Virus record (IMG/VR): IMGVR_UViG_3300029822_000865
Source of the DNA: a virus
Length of the DNA stretch: 64,000 nucleotides
Direction: 5' to 3' (one strand)
Shown here: in pieces, positions 19,833 to 29,931 of the stretch
Layout of the letters: the number at the start of each line of letters is the position of its first letter
How positions within the stretch are numbered: the stretch's first letter is position 1
Position numbers and translations under genes: made by a program
Notes under the pieces: model-generated
Database searches by the model: none
Seen by the model: only the letters and a program-made list of their open reading frames with translations
Told to the model about the DNA's origin: nothing

Positions 19833-21788
19833 GTGATTTTTTTGAGTAATTTATCGGAGACTAATATACGGTCACTGTCGGAAAAAGAAAAGGTACGATT
19901 AAAGCCAGACATATGGTTGCAATCACACGATCTTAATGCTGTTAAACACACTGTAGTTGAGGTTGTCGGTAACTCATTAGATGAAGCGTCTATGGGTTTT
20001 GGTAAAGTAATCGACATAACAAGGTATGCAGATCACTCATTAGAGGTAATAGACAGGGGTAGAGGCGTACCAATGGATTACAATGAAAAAGAGGGCAAAT
20101 ATAATTGGGAATTGATATTCACACAATTATTTGCAGGCGGTAAGTATAGTGGTACAGAATATGACATGTCAGTAGGGTTAAACGGAGTAGGACTTACGGT
20201 TGTACAGTTTGCGTCTACATACATGGAAGTAGAATCTAAACGTGGGGGAAAGACATATAGGATAAGTTTTAAAAAAGGCGATCCAGTTACAGAACTTAGC
20301 ACAACTAATTCAGATAATCCATCCGAAACAGGCACAAGGATACGTTGGCTACCTGATTTAGAAGTTTTCGACGAAATAGAAATAGATGATAATTGGTTTA
20401 TACCTACAATACAGGGGATGGCACTAGCATCGGGGGTCACTTTTAACTTTAAAGATGAAGTTACAGGTGAAACCGAAGTAATAGGTTCAAAAGATTACAA
20501 AGAAGTGTTAAAGGACAAGACCAAAGAAAAAGTAATTTCAGACTACTTGTTCACAGAGGGTAGCGGAACAACATCCGATAAACGAGATGGTAGTGATGCT
20601 TACAGGTACGAGTATAAAATAGCTTTTGCGTTTGTTCAAAATGGTGGTGAAGTTAGGTTCTTCCACAACATGGTTGAAGTTGACAAAGGAAGTCGTGGGG
20701 GAATACATTCAAAGTCTTTATTTCAAGGGGTAGGTAGAGGTTTAAGCGAATCACTGGACAAAGGATTGTATCTTAGAGACATCTACAATTTAGAGGGTAA
20801 TCTAAGTGCATTTATATTCACTCGCTCAACTTCAACATCCTATGACGGACAGGCAAAAAGAACAGTTTTAAACAAAGGGCTAGAAACGGTTCTCACAGAA
20901 GTGCTTAGTGTTGAGATTGGTAAGATATTTCAAAAGAATAAAGAAATTCGAGACTACTTTAAAAAAGTAATTGACGTACATGAAAAAGCGCAAGAGACAG
21001 CTGCAAAATTGAAAAAGCAAATTAAAAAGGCACAGGAAAAAATTGAGGAATTTGATAATTCTCCTATTGACAAGTTTGTTGATTGCAGAAGTGATTATAA
21101 TAGAGAGCTTTACATAGTTGAGGGAGATTCTGCTATGGGTTCTTGTAGACAAGCAAGAGACAGTGAGTTTCAAGCAATCACTTCCGTAAGAGGTAAAATT
21201 AAGAACTGTTTGAAGTCGGATGTTACACAAATACTTTCAAACGACATAATCTTGCGTTTAATAAAAATCATTAATGAGAACGTGGAATTAAGGGGAGTAG
21301 GCAGGGTATCATTTGGTGACATACGGGAGTGGGAAAAGTTTGTTATATGTACAGACGCTGACGAGGATGGTTTCCAGATTAGGACATTAATCTTGGCGTT
21401 TTTCTACAGACTATATCCTACATTATTAAGGCAAGGTAGAGTTTACATTGCTGAATCACCTTTATTTGAAATTGAAACAAGTAAGGAATCTTTGTTTGCA
21501 TATTCAAATGAAGAAAAGGACAGCATTGTAGAGAGTTTAAATGAAAAAGGGGTACGGCATACTGTGAATAGATCTAAAGGTCTTGGAGAAAATAATCCAG
21601 ACATGATGTGGCAGACTACAATGTGTCCAGATACCAGAAGACTTGTGAGGGTAGAGTATGATGAAGAACAATATGAGGAAATGACAGCATGGGTATTTGA
21701 CGCACTACTGGGTGATAATTTAGAAGAAAGAAAAACATTAATAGTGGATTATATGAAAAACATGAACTTGGCAGAGGTATTTTCCTAA
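19833..21788 (+). CDS. gyrB: type IIA topoisomerase B subunit (GyrB/ParE-like)
   Basis: GHKL motifs 'EVVGNSLDEA', 'DRGRGVP', 'GLNGVG'. TOPRIM motifs 'VEGDSA', 'VRGK', 'TDADEDG', 'RSKGLGE'. The start may be TTG at 19842. Confidence 0.95.
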   Translation: MIFLSNLSETNIRSLSEKEKVRLKPDIWLQSHDLNAVKHTVVEVVGNSLDEASMGFGKVIDITRYADHSLEVIDRGRGVPMDYNEKEGKYNWELIFTQLFAGGKYSGTEYDMSVGLNGVGLTVVQFASTYMEVESKRGGKTYRISFKKGDPVTELSTTNSDNPSETGTRIRWLPDLEVFDEIEIDDNWFIPTIQGMALASGVTFNFKDEVTGETEVIGSKDYKEVLKDKTKEKVISDYLFTEGSGTTSDKRDGSDAYRYEYKIAFAFVQNGGEVRFFHNMVEVDKGSRGGIHSKSLFQGVGRGLSESLDKGLYLRDIYNLEGNLSAFIFTRSTSTSYDGQAKRTVLNKGLETVLTEVLSVEIGKIFQKNKEIRDYFKKVIDVHEKAQETAAKLKKQIKKAQEKIEEFDNSPIDKFVDCRSDYNRELYIVEGDSAMGSCRQARDSEFQAITSVRGKIKNCLKSDVTQILSNDIILRLIKIINENVELRGVGRVSFGDIREWEKFVICTDADEDGFQIRTLILAFFYRLYPTLLRQGRVYIAESPLFEIETSKESLFAYSNEEKDSIVESLNEKGVRHTVNRSKGLGENNPDMMWQTTMCPDTRRLVRVEYDEEQYEEMTAWVFDALLGDNLEERKTLIVDYMKNMNLAEVFS

Positions 21789-21835
21789 CCTAACAGTTAG
21801 GAAAATTTCCTTTTATTTTATCCAAATTGACAGAC

Positions 21836-21962
21836 AAGGCTTTTCAGAAAGCGACTGTGGATAACCTATGCTTGGTTTGCTTCTAGTACTTTCGCTTAAA
21901 AATAAGCTAAAGTCTGACCTTTCCTTAAATCTGTATCCGCACATTATTGGAAAGCCTTTTTT
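21836..21962 (+). ncRNA. candidate structured RNA / long hairpin followed by U tract
   Basis: AAGGCTTTTCAG/TTGGAAAGCCTT (12 bp, 2 G-U), TGTGGATA/TATCCGCA (1 G-U), ACTTT-GCTTA/TAAGC-AAAGT. Confidence 0.4.
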
Positions 21963-22016
21963 ATAAGCAGTCTTTACCTATATAATTATTATCTTAATTA
22001 GAAAGTAGGAGATAAA

Positions 22017-23435
22017 ATGACTGAAGTTGGTATGTCAGAGACAATTGAAGATTTGCGGAAACGAATTGAGGTGTGTAATACTCTAAGCGTACTTTACGGT
22101 AGAAAAGTTATAGGCTATAAGGTGAAAAATAACATGATAGTATTTCCTGAGATTCGGTTAATCACTACTTTGGATGGTAGTTTTAAAATAAATTACGGTT
22201 TTTTATATACTTTGTACAATTCAGAATTACTTGTAATTGATCCAGGAAATAGTGTTGACGATATACTGGTAGTTGATCCTGTTAATTGCAAATTATTACA
22301 TACAAATATAAGGTTTAAAGGGCTTGTTAATTCTGTAGATATGCGGAACGTTTTATTTTTAACAGATGAGCATAACAACATGTGCTATTTAGACAGTAGG
22401 GGCGAGATTGAAAGCGTGATAAATATCGGGGGATGCGAAATATCAGCAAGACAAGAGGGCATCAAAAATGATAGGTATAGGTTGTACTTACAGAGGCATG
22501 ACACACTAGAAGTGTATAACGAGAAATTAGTGTGTTTAAAGAAGCTGAAAGGGTATTGTTTGATCGACTATGGCATAGATTATTTGGACAGTTATATCAC
22601 ATGGGACGAACTTGGAGAATTAAGTGTAAGAGTAAAAAATCTCGAAACTGGGCTATATAATGAGTTAGACAGTGAGCATAATTGTATTCATGATAAAGAG
22701 ATTGAATTACTTATTTTTTCAGATAAAGAAATGACAGTGAAAGCAAGCATAGACTGGGTGAAAAAAACAGATTTAAACAACTGGATAGTTGATAAATTAG
22801 ATAAAATAATAGAATACTTGAGAGAAATTGGGCGCACAATACCTAGAGATAAGCAGATAGCAGGATTTAATTTTGAAGTGTTATGGAAAAACAGTAACAC
22901 CTCAGTTACACATTATTTGCCGGTTGAGACATATATAAATTCTGAGTTTTGTCAGTTTACAAAGGATAATTTTGTTGTACATAAGGGTGATAATTTTAAG
23001 ATATTTCCTTATGGTTCAGATACTAGCATTGGGGAGTACAGAGGGAAACCTTTAGTTGGAAGTCTTTACTCTAAGGTTGTAACGTTAGGGTTTAACGGGA
23101 GCTTGTCGGGGGTATATGGTTCTTTACAAATCTACAAAGTTAAGGAAAATAACAGAAACGGCTTGATGGCTAATTGTAGGGTAATCGTACCTCCAATATA
23201 TCTCGATACTATTGCAAAGATATTTTCTCAAGAGGATCAAGATAATGCTGATGATGCTGCTGTTGTTGTACTGTTATATAAAGAAAATAAATTATTTGAC
23301 ATATATCATGTTGACAATAATATGTATCTACCCATAAATGCAAGTCAAATTGTTTGTGTTAATTTTAAAGACAATACAATCACTTATGAGACTGAAAACG
23401 GAGATGAGACCTACAGTTACAAGACTAAAAATTAA
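22017..23435 (+). CDS. hypothetical beta-rich protein between topoisomerase genes
   Basis: 472 aa. The N-terminus 'NTLSVLYGRKV' resembles the cap of the paralog family at 47.6-62.4 kb. Confidence 0.7.
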   Translation: MTEVGMSETIEDLRKRIEVCNTLSVLYGRKVIGYKVKNNMIVFPEIRLITTLDGSFKINYGFLYTLYNSELLVIDPGNSVDDILVVDPVNCKLLHTNIRFKGLVNSVDMRNVLFLTDEHNNMCYLDSRGEIESVINIGGCEISARQEGIKNDRYRLYLQRHDTLEVYNEKLVCLKKLKGYCLIDYGIDYLDSYITWDELGELSVRVKNLETGLYNELDSEHNCIHDKEIELLIFSDKEMTVKASIDWVKKTDLNNWIVDKLDKIIEYLREIGRTIPRDKQIAGFNFEVLWKNSNTSVTHYLPVETYINSEFCQFTKDNFVVHKGDNFKIFPYGSDTSIGEYRGKPLVGSLYSKVVTLGFNGSLSGVYGSLQIYKVKENNRNGLMANCRVIVPPIYLDTIAKIFSQEDQDNADDAAVVVLLYKENKLFDIYHVDNNMYLPINASQIVCVNFKDNTITYETENGDETYSYKTKN

Positions 23436-23548
23436 TTACTATGTTTTATCAGGGTAAGAACTGTATGAACAATAGGGGGTATTAAGGGTTATACATGATA
23501 ATTAATTGATACTTTAATTATATAGGTATATCAAGTTTTTTATTTAAG

Positions 23549-25684
23549 GTGGGTGAAGTAATGAGTTTAGCAAAACAGACAGTTGTAGACACAGATATAA
23601 GGGATGTTATTTATGGCAATTACATGCCTTATGCGGTAAAGGTCTTGTTGGACAGGGCTATACCGGACTTACAGGATGGGCTAAAACCCTCCCAGAGAAG
23701 AATTCTGTATACAATGTACAAGCAGAAGTTGTTCAATAACAAGACAAAAAGTGCCAACGTTGTTGGTGAAGTTATGAAGTTGCATCCTCACGGTGACATG
23801 GCTATATATGAGACTATGACTAGAATGACAGACAAATATGGTGCATGGAACTTTCCATTGATTTATGGAAAAGGAAACTTTGGTTCAGTAACATCTAATT
23901 TTGCGAGTGCAGCACCTCGGTATACAGAAGCTATGCTAGAGGAATACGCAAAGGAATATTTTGAATTTTTAGACTCAGTTGAAATGTTACCATCGTACGA
24001 TAACAAAAACACAGAACCAAAGGCGTTACCTGTCAATTTTCCTGCGGTTTTAGCAAATCCCACAGAGGGTATTGCGGTAGGGTTTGCAACATCAATTCCA
24101 TCCTTTAATGTGATTGACTTAATTGAGGCTACAAAGGCAACTGTACAGGGGGAAGAATTTAATTACATGGATTTAAGACCTGATTTTCCAACTGGTGGGA
24201 GTATTGTAACATTATATGAGAGTATGAAAGAGATATGGACAAAAGGTAAAGGCTCAATTCCTATATATGCTACATATTCAATTGAACAAAAAGGCAGATA
24301 TTTTGAAATGGTTGTTACGGAGTTACCTTATGGAGTTATAATTGAAAACGTTATAGATGGACTTTATAAGTTGGCAAAACGTGATAATTATTTTAAAACA
24401 CGATTTATTGAGGCGAGAGATGAATCTGGAATTAAAGGTTTCAAACTTGTTATTAAGTTTAATGGAGAACCTGATGCTATAGTTAACTATGTATTGAATA
24501 AATCAGACCTACAGAAGAATTATCCAGTAAATATTAATGTAATAGACGGGAATTCATTAAAACAAATAGGGGTAAGACACTTACTTAGAGAATGGTGTAA
24601 ATGGCGTAAAGAAATTGTAAGCAAACATTTTAAAATGCTTGTTGAAGATTTAGCGAATAAGCTGATGTTTTTACAAGCTTATATGAGTTTTATGTCAAAG
24701 GTTGATATTGATGAATGGGTTAAACTTGTTAAAAATGAGGACAATGATATTGTGCTTTACAACTATTTAAAGGCAAAGGTTACACCATTTAATCAACAGA
24801 TATTTGAGTTTTTATTGGACTTAAAAATAAAGGACATAAGGAAGTTTTCGCTCGAACAGAAAAAAGAGCAGTTAGTAAACCTAACAAAAGAGCTTCAACG
24901 TGCTGAGGAAATTGTACTTGATCCAGTACCTTTCATTGTTGATGAATTATCGGGGCTACAGGTTAAGTTTGAGAAAAAAGGGTATCGACAAAAGTCAGTT
25001 ATATATGACGAGTATCCCGAAGATTTGACACCTGTTACAGTTATTTATGAAAAACCAGTTGACAGGTCAAATGTTCAAATTGGCATCACGGAAGATTTGT
25101 TTATATACAAGAATAGTATGAACGCAAAAATGCCGTCTAACTGTGTATACAACGTAAACTGCAAGGCAAATGATGTTATAATGTTGTTCGCCTCAACTGG
25201 TGAAGTTTATAAGGTATACTTGGAAAATATAGAGTATACTACAGGTAAGAAAACAGGGGTATTCATTCTATCGGATTTTGGGATAGAGGATGCTGAAATA
25301 ATTGATATTAAGTTATGGAAACCGGACAGAACATATGTGTTTTGTGATGATGACGGCAGGGTTTGCATTGTTTCAAGTAATGAGTTTGCTACTGATAAGC
25401 GTAAGCAGAAGTACATACAAAAAGGATTTGCAGATGGGAATTATATTGGTTCAATAGAGTTTGCAGATTCAGACAGCGATAATGTGTATGTAAAAGTTAC
25501 ATCATTACTTGGAAAACAGGCGACGGTTAAATTCACAGATATACTGCGCAAGTCAAAGACAGCTAAAACTGTTGTATTTGCTGGAAAAATCGACAACATT
25601 AGAGATATGCAGCTTGTGGAATTAACTGGTGTTGTAAACTATAAGTCAGGAGAGGCGACTAATGTAGCGTTAGAGTTAGTATAA
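23549..25684 (+). CDS. gyrA: type IIA topoisomerase A subunit (GyrA/ParC-like)
   Basis: 'RAIPD..DGLKPSQRRILY', 'HPHGD', catalytic 'AAPRYT'. Short C-terminal domain with no GyrA box. The start may be ATG at 23561. Confidence 0.95.
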   Translation: MGEVMSLAKQTVVDTDIRDVIYGNYMPYAVKVLLDRAIPDLQDGLKPSQRRILYTMYKQKLFNNKTKSANVVGEVMKLHPHGDMAIYETMTRMTDKYGAWNFPLIYGKGNFGSVTSNFASAAPRYTEAMLEEYAKEYFEFLDSVEMLPSYDNKNTEPKALPVNFPAVLANPTEGIAVGFATSIPSFNVIDLIEATKATVQGEEFNYMDLRPDFPTGGSIVTLYESMKEIWTKGKGSIPIYATYSIEQKGRYFEMVVTELPYGVIIENVIDGLYKLAKRDNYFKTRFIEARDESGIKGFKLVIKFNGEPDAIVNYVLNKSDLQKNYPVNINVIDGNSLKQIGVRHLLREWCKWRKEIVSKHFKMLVEDLANKLMFLQAYMSFMSKVDIDEWVKLVKNEDNDIVLYNYLKAKVTPFNQQIFEFLLDLKIKDIRKFSLEQKKEQLVNLTKELQRAEEIVLDPVPFIVDELSGLQVKFEKKGYRQKSVIYDEYPEDLTPVTVIYEKPVDRSNVQIGITEDLFIYKNSMNAKMPSNCVYNVNCKANDVIMLFASTGEVYKVYLENIEYTTGKKTGVFILSDFGIEDAEIIDIKLWKPDRTYVFCDDDGRVCIVSSNEFATDKRKQKYIQKGFADGNYIGSIEFADSDSDNVYVKVTSLLGKQATVKFTDILRKSKTAKTVVFAGKIDNIRDMQLVELTGVVNYKSGEATNVALELV

Positions 25685-25690
25685 TCTTTT

Positions 25691-25740
25691 AAATAAAAGT
25701 GAATAGGGATTCTAATGGGATTCTTATTCACTTTTTATTT
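25691..25740. terminator. bidirectional terminator
   Basis: AAATAAAAGTGAATAG...TTATTCACTTTTTATTT inverted repeat. Confidence 0.75.
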
Positions 25741-25832
25741 CACAAGCAGAAAAAATAGCTACAAGTTAAGTATTAGGCAATAAAGGGTCAAATAAAAGCG
25801 AGTATAAGAAAGAATAAAGGATGTGAAATAGA

Positions 25833-26048
25833 ATGGATTATGTTGAAATGCGGGACTTCTTAAAGTCACAAAACAAGACAGACGAGGATATGCAGAAAAT
25901 GTGGGATTACTGCATTAGTAAAGCGCATCCACTTATATGTCAGCTTGCTAATTCAGGTAAGAGTTGGACTGACATGAATATGTCTGCGTTAAAAAAATTG
26001 GAACGTGAGTATAACAAAATAAAAACAACCTATAAAGGGGCGTATTAA
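25833..26048 (+). CDS. small hypothetical protein
   Basis: 71-aa ORF with RBS. Confidence 0.6.
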   Translation: MDYVEMRDFLKSQNKTDEDMQKMWDYCISKAHPLICQLANSGKSWTDMNMSALKKLEREYNKIKTTYKGAY

Positions 26049-26161
26049 AATGGCGAATAATTAGGTAAGCTATACTCTTTCTTTTTAAACTGGTGAGTAG
26101 TAGTAGTATCATACAGAGGCAAACAAATAAAAAATGGCAGACATGCGAGAGGTACATTTAA

Positions 26162-26413
26162 ATGAGTAATCACATAATTGTTAATAAAAATAAAGGTGTA
26201 TTTTTAGGCATATGCGATAAATTCGCATACTTTTCCGACTTAGATAGTGTTGGGCTATCTACCGCAATTTGTTTTAAAGACTTAGAAGCAGCAAATAGAG
26301 CTGCGCATAAGTTAAACTTAAAGCTTGGAAGACAAGATATATCTGTAGAAGCGGTTAATACGTCTGTTGTTGACAGAGCATATTGTAGGAAAAAGGGCTT
26401 TGTCTGGAAATAG
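26162..26413 (+). CDS. small hypothetical protein
   Basis: 83-aa ORF, GAGG RBS. Confidence 0.6.
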   Translation: MSNHIIVNKNKGVFLGICDKFAYFSDLDSVGLSTAICFKDLEAANRAAHKLNLKLGRQDISVEAVNTSVVDRAYCRKKGFVWK

Positions 26414-26485
26414 AAACATAAATAAGAGAGTAAGATACTTATGAGAGTAAACAGAAATACAAAGAGACGAAAGACGGTGGTATAA

Positions 26486-26737
26486 GTGAACGCAACTATT
26501 ATGAGAAAGACTGAAATACCTATACAAAAGATACCGTTTCGCTGTCTTTGTGGGCATCAATTAAATGGTGTCGATTACATGGAAGTAGAGACAGTACAAG
26601 GCAGTAAATACTTGCATTTTAAGTGTGATGTTTGCGGTATAAGAACAAAAGTAGAGGCAGAACCGAGATTAATTTCTTGGTATGACAGGATAAAAAACAT
26701 ACTTGCACATCAGACTAACAGTAAAGTTACAGCATAA
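26486..26737 (+). CDS. small Zn-ribbon protein
   Basis: 'CLCGH' and 'CDVCG'. Confidence 0.55.
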   Translation: MNATIMRKTEIPIQKIPFRCLCGHQLNGVDYMEVETVQGSKYLHFKCDVCGIRTKVEAEPRLISWYDRIKNILAHQTNSKVTA

Positions 26738-26799
26738 GATAAAAGGTCACAACACAAAAGATAAGGCTCTCTTAATCCTTAAAGAAAAGGGTATACAAA

Positions 26800-26994
26800 A
26801 TGGGAAGTGGTGAGGAAGTACATGACGAAATTACAGCAGTAAGGGTCAAATTAGACACTTTAATAAAGAAAGTTGAATCTGGAAATATGCCTGAGATTGG
26901 TGAGTTTATTAACAATCTAACACTGATTGAAGCAAGAAACATCTTGAGGATAATTGCTTACTCAGATTGGACAGTATTCTATACTAAGAGTTAG
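26800..26994 (+). CDS. small hypothetical protein
   Basis: 64-aa ORF, AAGGG RBS. Confidence 0.55.
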   Translation: MGSGEEVHDEITAVRVKLDTLIKKVESGNMPEIGEFINNLTLIEARNILRIIAYSDWTVFYTKS

Positions 26995-27023
26995 TAGGAC
27001 AAGGGGAAAGACAGGTGGGCTAG

Positions 27024-28502
27024 GTGGAGTTTGACAAGACTATTTTTGGGGGGTTAATTTACAGAGAAATTTCGGTAGACGATAAGCAACTACTAGAGAA
27101 CATAAAGTTATGTCACAATTATCTAAAGACAAAGGTAAGAGAAAACATATTTAAAAACGAGTACTCAGTTTTTTATTCATTAATAAATGCACGGAAAGAG
27201 ATTTATGTTATTTCAGAAGATTCGTTACTTTCCACTTTGGAGCGTAACAAAGGTAAGTTTGAGGAATCAAAGTTAATAAATATGGAAGATTACAGGCAAT
27301 TAATAGGGGGAGAGAGCGAGGGGATGACCCCTGTTGAAGCCTTTATAAGCAGCTGTTTAGAGGTATACAATGAGATAGCTGACGAAATTGTGTCTTTTGA
27401 GACTTTCAAAGACGCTGTAAAAGGGTATATTGACGGATTTAAAGCGGAATACACGCTTAAAGAAATTGATACTGCAACCACAATAATGTTGGATGGTGTA
27501 CAGCAAGGTAAGAAAACCTTACAAGGATATGACGATACAAAACAATATTTAAGTAAAGCATTTACAAAGTTAGACAATTTAATAATATCGTCTGAAACAG
27601 AGCACAGAGGGGTATTTAAACTAGACTTAGACTACTATAAAGAAAGTACAGAATCAGATAAAAACACATTAAGAAAAGTTACTGACTTTGGAATTGGACC
27701 TCTAGACAAAGCATATGGTGCGATATATTCTGGTGAAATGGTGTCTTTACTAGCACCTGCAAAGTCTTGTAAAACGAGATTTTCAGCCTACTTAGCTCAT
27801 AGAGCGGTAGTAGTCAATAAACAAAGAGTGGCAGTATGGGTATTAGAGGGGAATCATTTAACTTGGACACCCTTATTGAGAGCTAGACATTTTGATTACT
27901 ATTACAATTCAGAGGATAATGTTTATGTTGAACTGGATTCGGAAACAATAAAGAAACAGTTATACCCATCAGAGGAATATAGGCAAGCTGAATTTGCTTC
28001 TTATTATGATTTAATAACTAATCCTGATTATGGGAGCATCCAGTTTATTGACAAACCTTGTCATGTTGATACTTTTTTAGATGAGTTAGAAAGAGCGTAT
28101 GAGACTGATCCTTTCGATTTACTTGTAGTGGATTATTTAGGACTCATAGACTACACTAAAATCACTAAGACACAGGCATTAGAACTGGGCTATGTTAGGT
28201 TATTGAGGTTACAGAAGAAATTAGGTTTTGCTACTATTTTACCTGCACAGTTTAAAGCAGATATAGTTGACGCATTACATCAAGGTAAGGACATTGATTT
28301 AAGAACTTCTGGGGGCGGCACATACGAGACAATTAAAACACCTGACAAAAATATAGGACTATACGCAACACAAGAAGAGTTACAGTTAGGTAGGGTACAG
28401 GTATTACCCATACCATCAAGGGTAGGAAAGTACTTTTCACCTTTCTACATGGTAGGGAACATAGGGGTATGTTCATTTTTTGGTGAAATAGTACAGGAAT
28501 AA
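27024..28502 (+). CDS. DnaB-like replicative helicase
   Basis: 'LDKAYGAIYSGEMVSLLAPAKSCKT' (variant Walker A), 'VLEG', 'LLVVDYLGLI', 'LPAQF'. Confidence 0.8.
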   Translation: MEFDKTIFGGLIYREISVDDKQLLENIKLCHNYLKTKVRENIFKNEYSVFYSLINARKEIYVISEDSLLSTLERNKGKFEESKLINMEDYRQLIGGESEGMTPVEAFISSCLEVYNEIADEIVSFETFKDAVKGYIDGFKAEYTLKEIDTATTIMLDGVQQGKKTLQGYDDTKQYLSKAFTKLDNLIISSETEHRGVFKLDLDYYKESTESDKNTLRKVTDFGIGPLDKAYGAIYSGEMVSLLAPAKSCKTRFSAYLAHRAVVVNKQRVAVWVLEGNHLTWTPLLRARHFDYYYNSEDNVYVELDSETIKKQLYPSEEYRQAEFASYYDLITNPDYGSIQFIDKPCHVDTFLDELERAYETDPFDLLVVDYLGLIDYTKITKTQALELGYVRLLRLQKKLGFATILPAQFKADIVDALHQGKDIDLRTSGGGTYETIKTPDKNIGLYATQEELQLGRVQVLPIPSRVGKYFSPFYMVGNIGVCSFFGEIVQE

Positions 28503-28549
28503 AAAATATATGGACAAAAAGTTAAAGTATAACGAAGATCAATTATTTT

Positions 28550-29134
28550 ATGGAGTGTGTGAATAAGGGGGATGCAGACATGGGGTTTAGTATAGCACAT
28601 GAATTCGTTCTAGGGGATATAGCACCAAATTATGTATTTGGGTGCACATGGGGTATATACTCAGACGAGACGTACAAAAGAAAAGGAATGTTGAATGACA
28701 TTAAAAAAGAGTTAGGGGCAGAAAACATACAGGTTGTGAGTGTTAAAAACGGGAAAATAGTTTTTATTACCCATGATGTATACGCTAAGGTTATGGGTTC
28801 ACTTGAAAGTAAAATCTCAGCAGTGAACGTTGAACAAGACAAAGTACTTTACAAAAAACAGCAAAGACTGGCAATTGAAGAATTTAAGAAGTACTTAAAG
28901 AGACAAAATAAAAGCACTAAAGCTATCATAGGGCTTTACTGTGTGAATAAAGTACCTGTGGTACGTGAATTAGTCGGAAACAATATGATGGAGTATCCTG
29001 CATTTAGATTGTCTTACAAACATGCAAAAGAAATTGCAGAGACAATGGGAATACAATTAAATTTTGATATTGAAAGTGCGAGGCTTTCATCGGGCATGAC
29101 AGCGGTAATAACACCTGTCATAATCAAAAGATAA
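28550..29134 (+). CDS. hypothetical protein
   Basis: 194-aa ORF. Confidence 0.65.
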   Translation: MECVNKGDADMGFSIAHEFVLGDIAPNYVFGCTWGIYSDETYKRKGMLNDIKKELGAENIQVVSVKNGKIVFITHDVYAKVMGSLESKISAVNVEQDKVLYKKQQRLAIEEFKKYLKRQNKSTKAIIGLYCVNKVPVVRELVGNNMMEYPAFRLSYKHAKEIAETMGIQLNFDIESARLSSGMTAVITPVIIKR

Positions 29135-29208
29135 ACTAAGCAAATCAGGTTAACACCCCTTTAAAAATAAACCTTGTCTTTTCGAGAAGAAAACCTGTAA
29201 ACACATAA

Positions 29209-29931
29209 ATGTTTACAGGTTTTCTGTTCGCACAACTAAATTTAATTAAACAATGTTGGTTAGAGATAAAGGTGGTGGTGTATATTTTTAACAAGACATT
29301 ATATAAAAAAGCTGAAAACGAGATAGTTGAAAAGGTTTCGTTACCTGAGCATATAAACAAGGTTATAATACCTGCATATCCTAAGAAGTATAAGGGCGAT
29401 GCAAACAAGGATATATCCGTAAGTGCGATAATTTGTCCTTTTCATGATGACACTGATCCGTCCTTTTCCTACGAGAAGAGAAGAAATTTTGCTAATTGTT
29501 TTGGTTGTTCGGTAGGCGGTAATGTTATAGGTATACACAGAGCCTTTATGAGTATACAATTAAAGAGCAAAGTAAGTTATGTGGATGCCTTGTTAGATTT
29601 GGCTAACATGTATAAGGTGGAAATTCCTAAGTTTATAGTAGATGAATCTGATACTTTAGAAATTATTGAGGAAGACATTAAAAGCAAGATAAAGGACTAT
29701 AAAGAAAGACGTAGCAAATTAATGGAAAAGGTAAGGCAGGACAAGACAAATGTAATCACAAACAAAAGATTATATAATTTAAACGAAAGGGTATCGCAGG
29801 CTAACTTAAAAGTGCATTGTCTTTTTGATATGATAATAATACATGGTAAAGAAATTGACTTAAAGAATTCAGAATTAAATGAAATATTCAAAAGATATTT
29901 AAAAGAACAAGGGGTATTAGACAATGAATAA
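29209..29931 (+). CDS. CHC2 zinc-finger (DnaG Zn-binding domain) protein without TOPRIM
   Basis: 'ICPFHDDTDPSF...CFGCSVGGNVI'. The rest is helical, with no EGxxD. The real start is probably a GTG at about 29272-29278. Confidence 0.8.
   Translation: MFTGFLFAQLNLIKQCWLEIKVVVYIFNKTLYKKAENEIVEKVSLPEHINKVIIPAYPKKYKGDANKDISVSAIICPFHDDTDPSFSYEKRRNFANCFGCSVGGNVIGIHRAFMSIQLKSKVSYVDALLDLANMYKVEIPKFIVDESDTLEIIEEDIKSKIKDYKERRSKLMEKVRQDKTNVITNKRLYNLNERVSQANLKVHCLFDMIIIHGKEIDLKNSELNEIFKRYLKEQGVLDNE

Noticed and set aside
21856-21864. Perfect DnaA box (TGTGGATAA)
   Set aside because: Single copy. Roughly one is expected by chance in 64 kb at this base composition, and it is explained as one arm of the hairpin.
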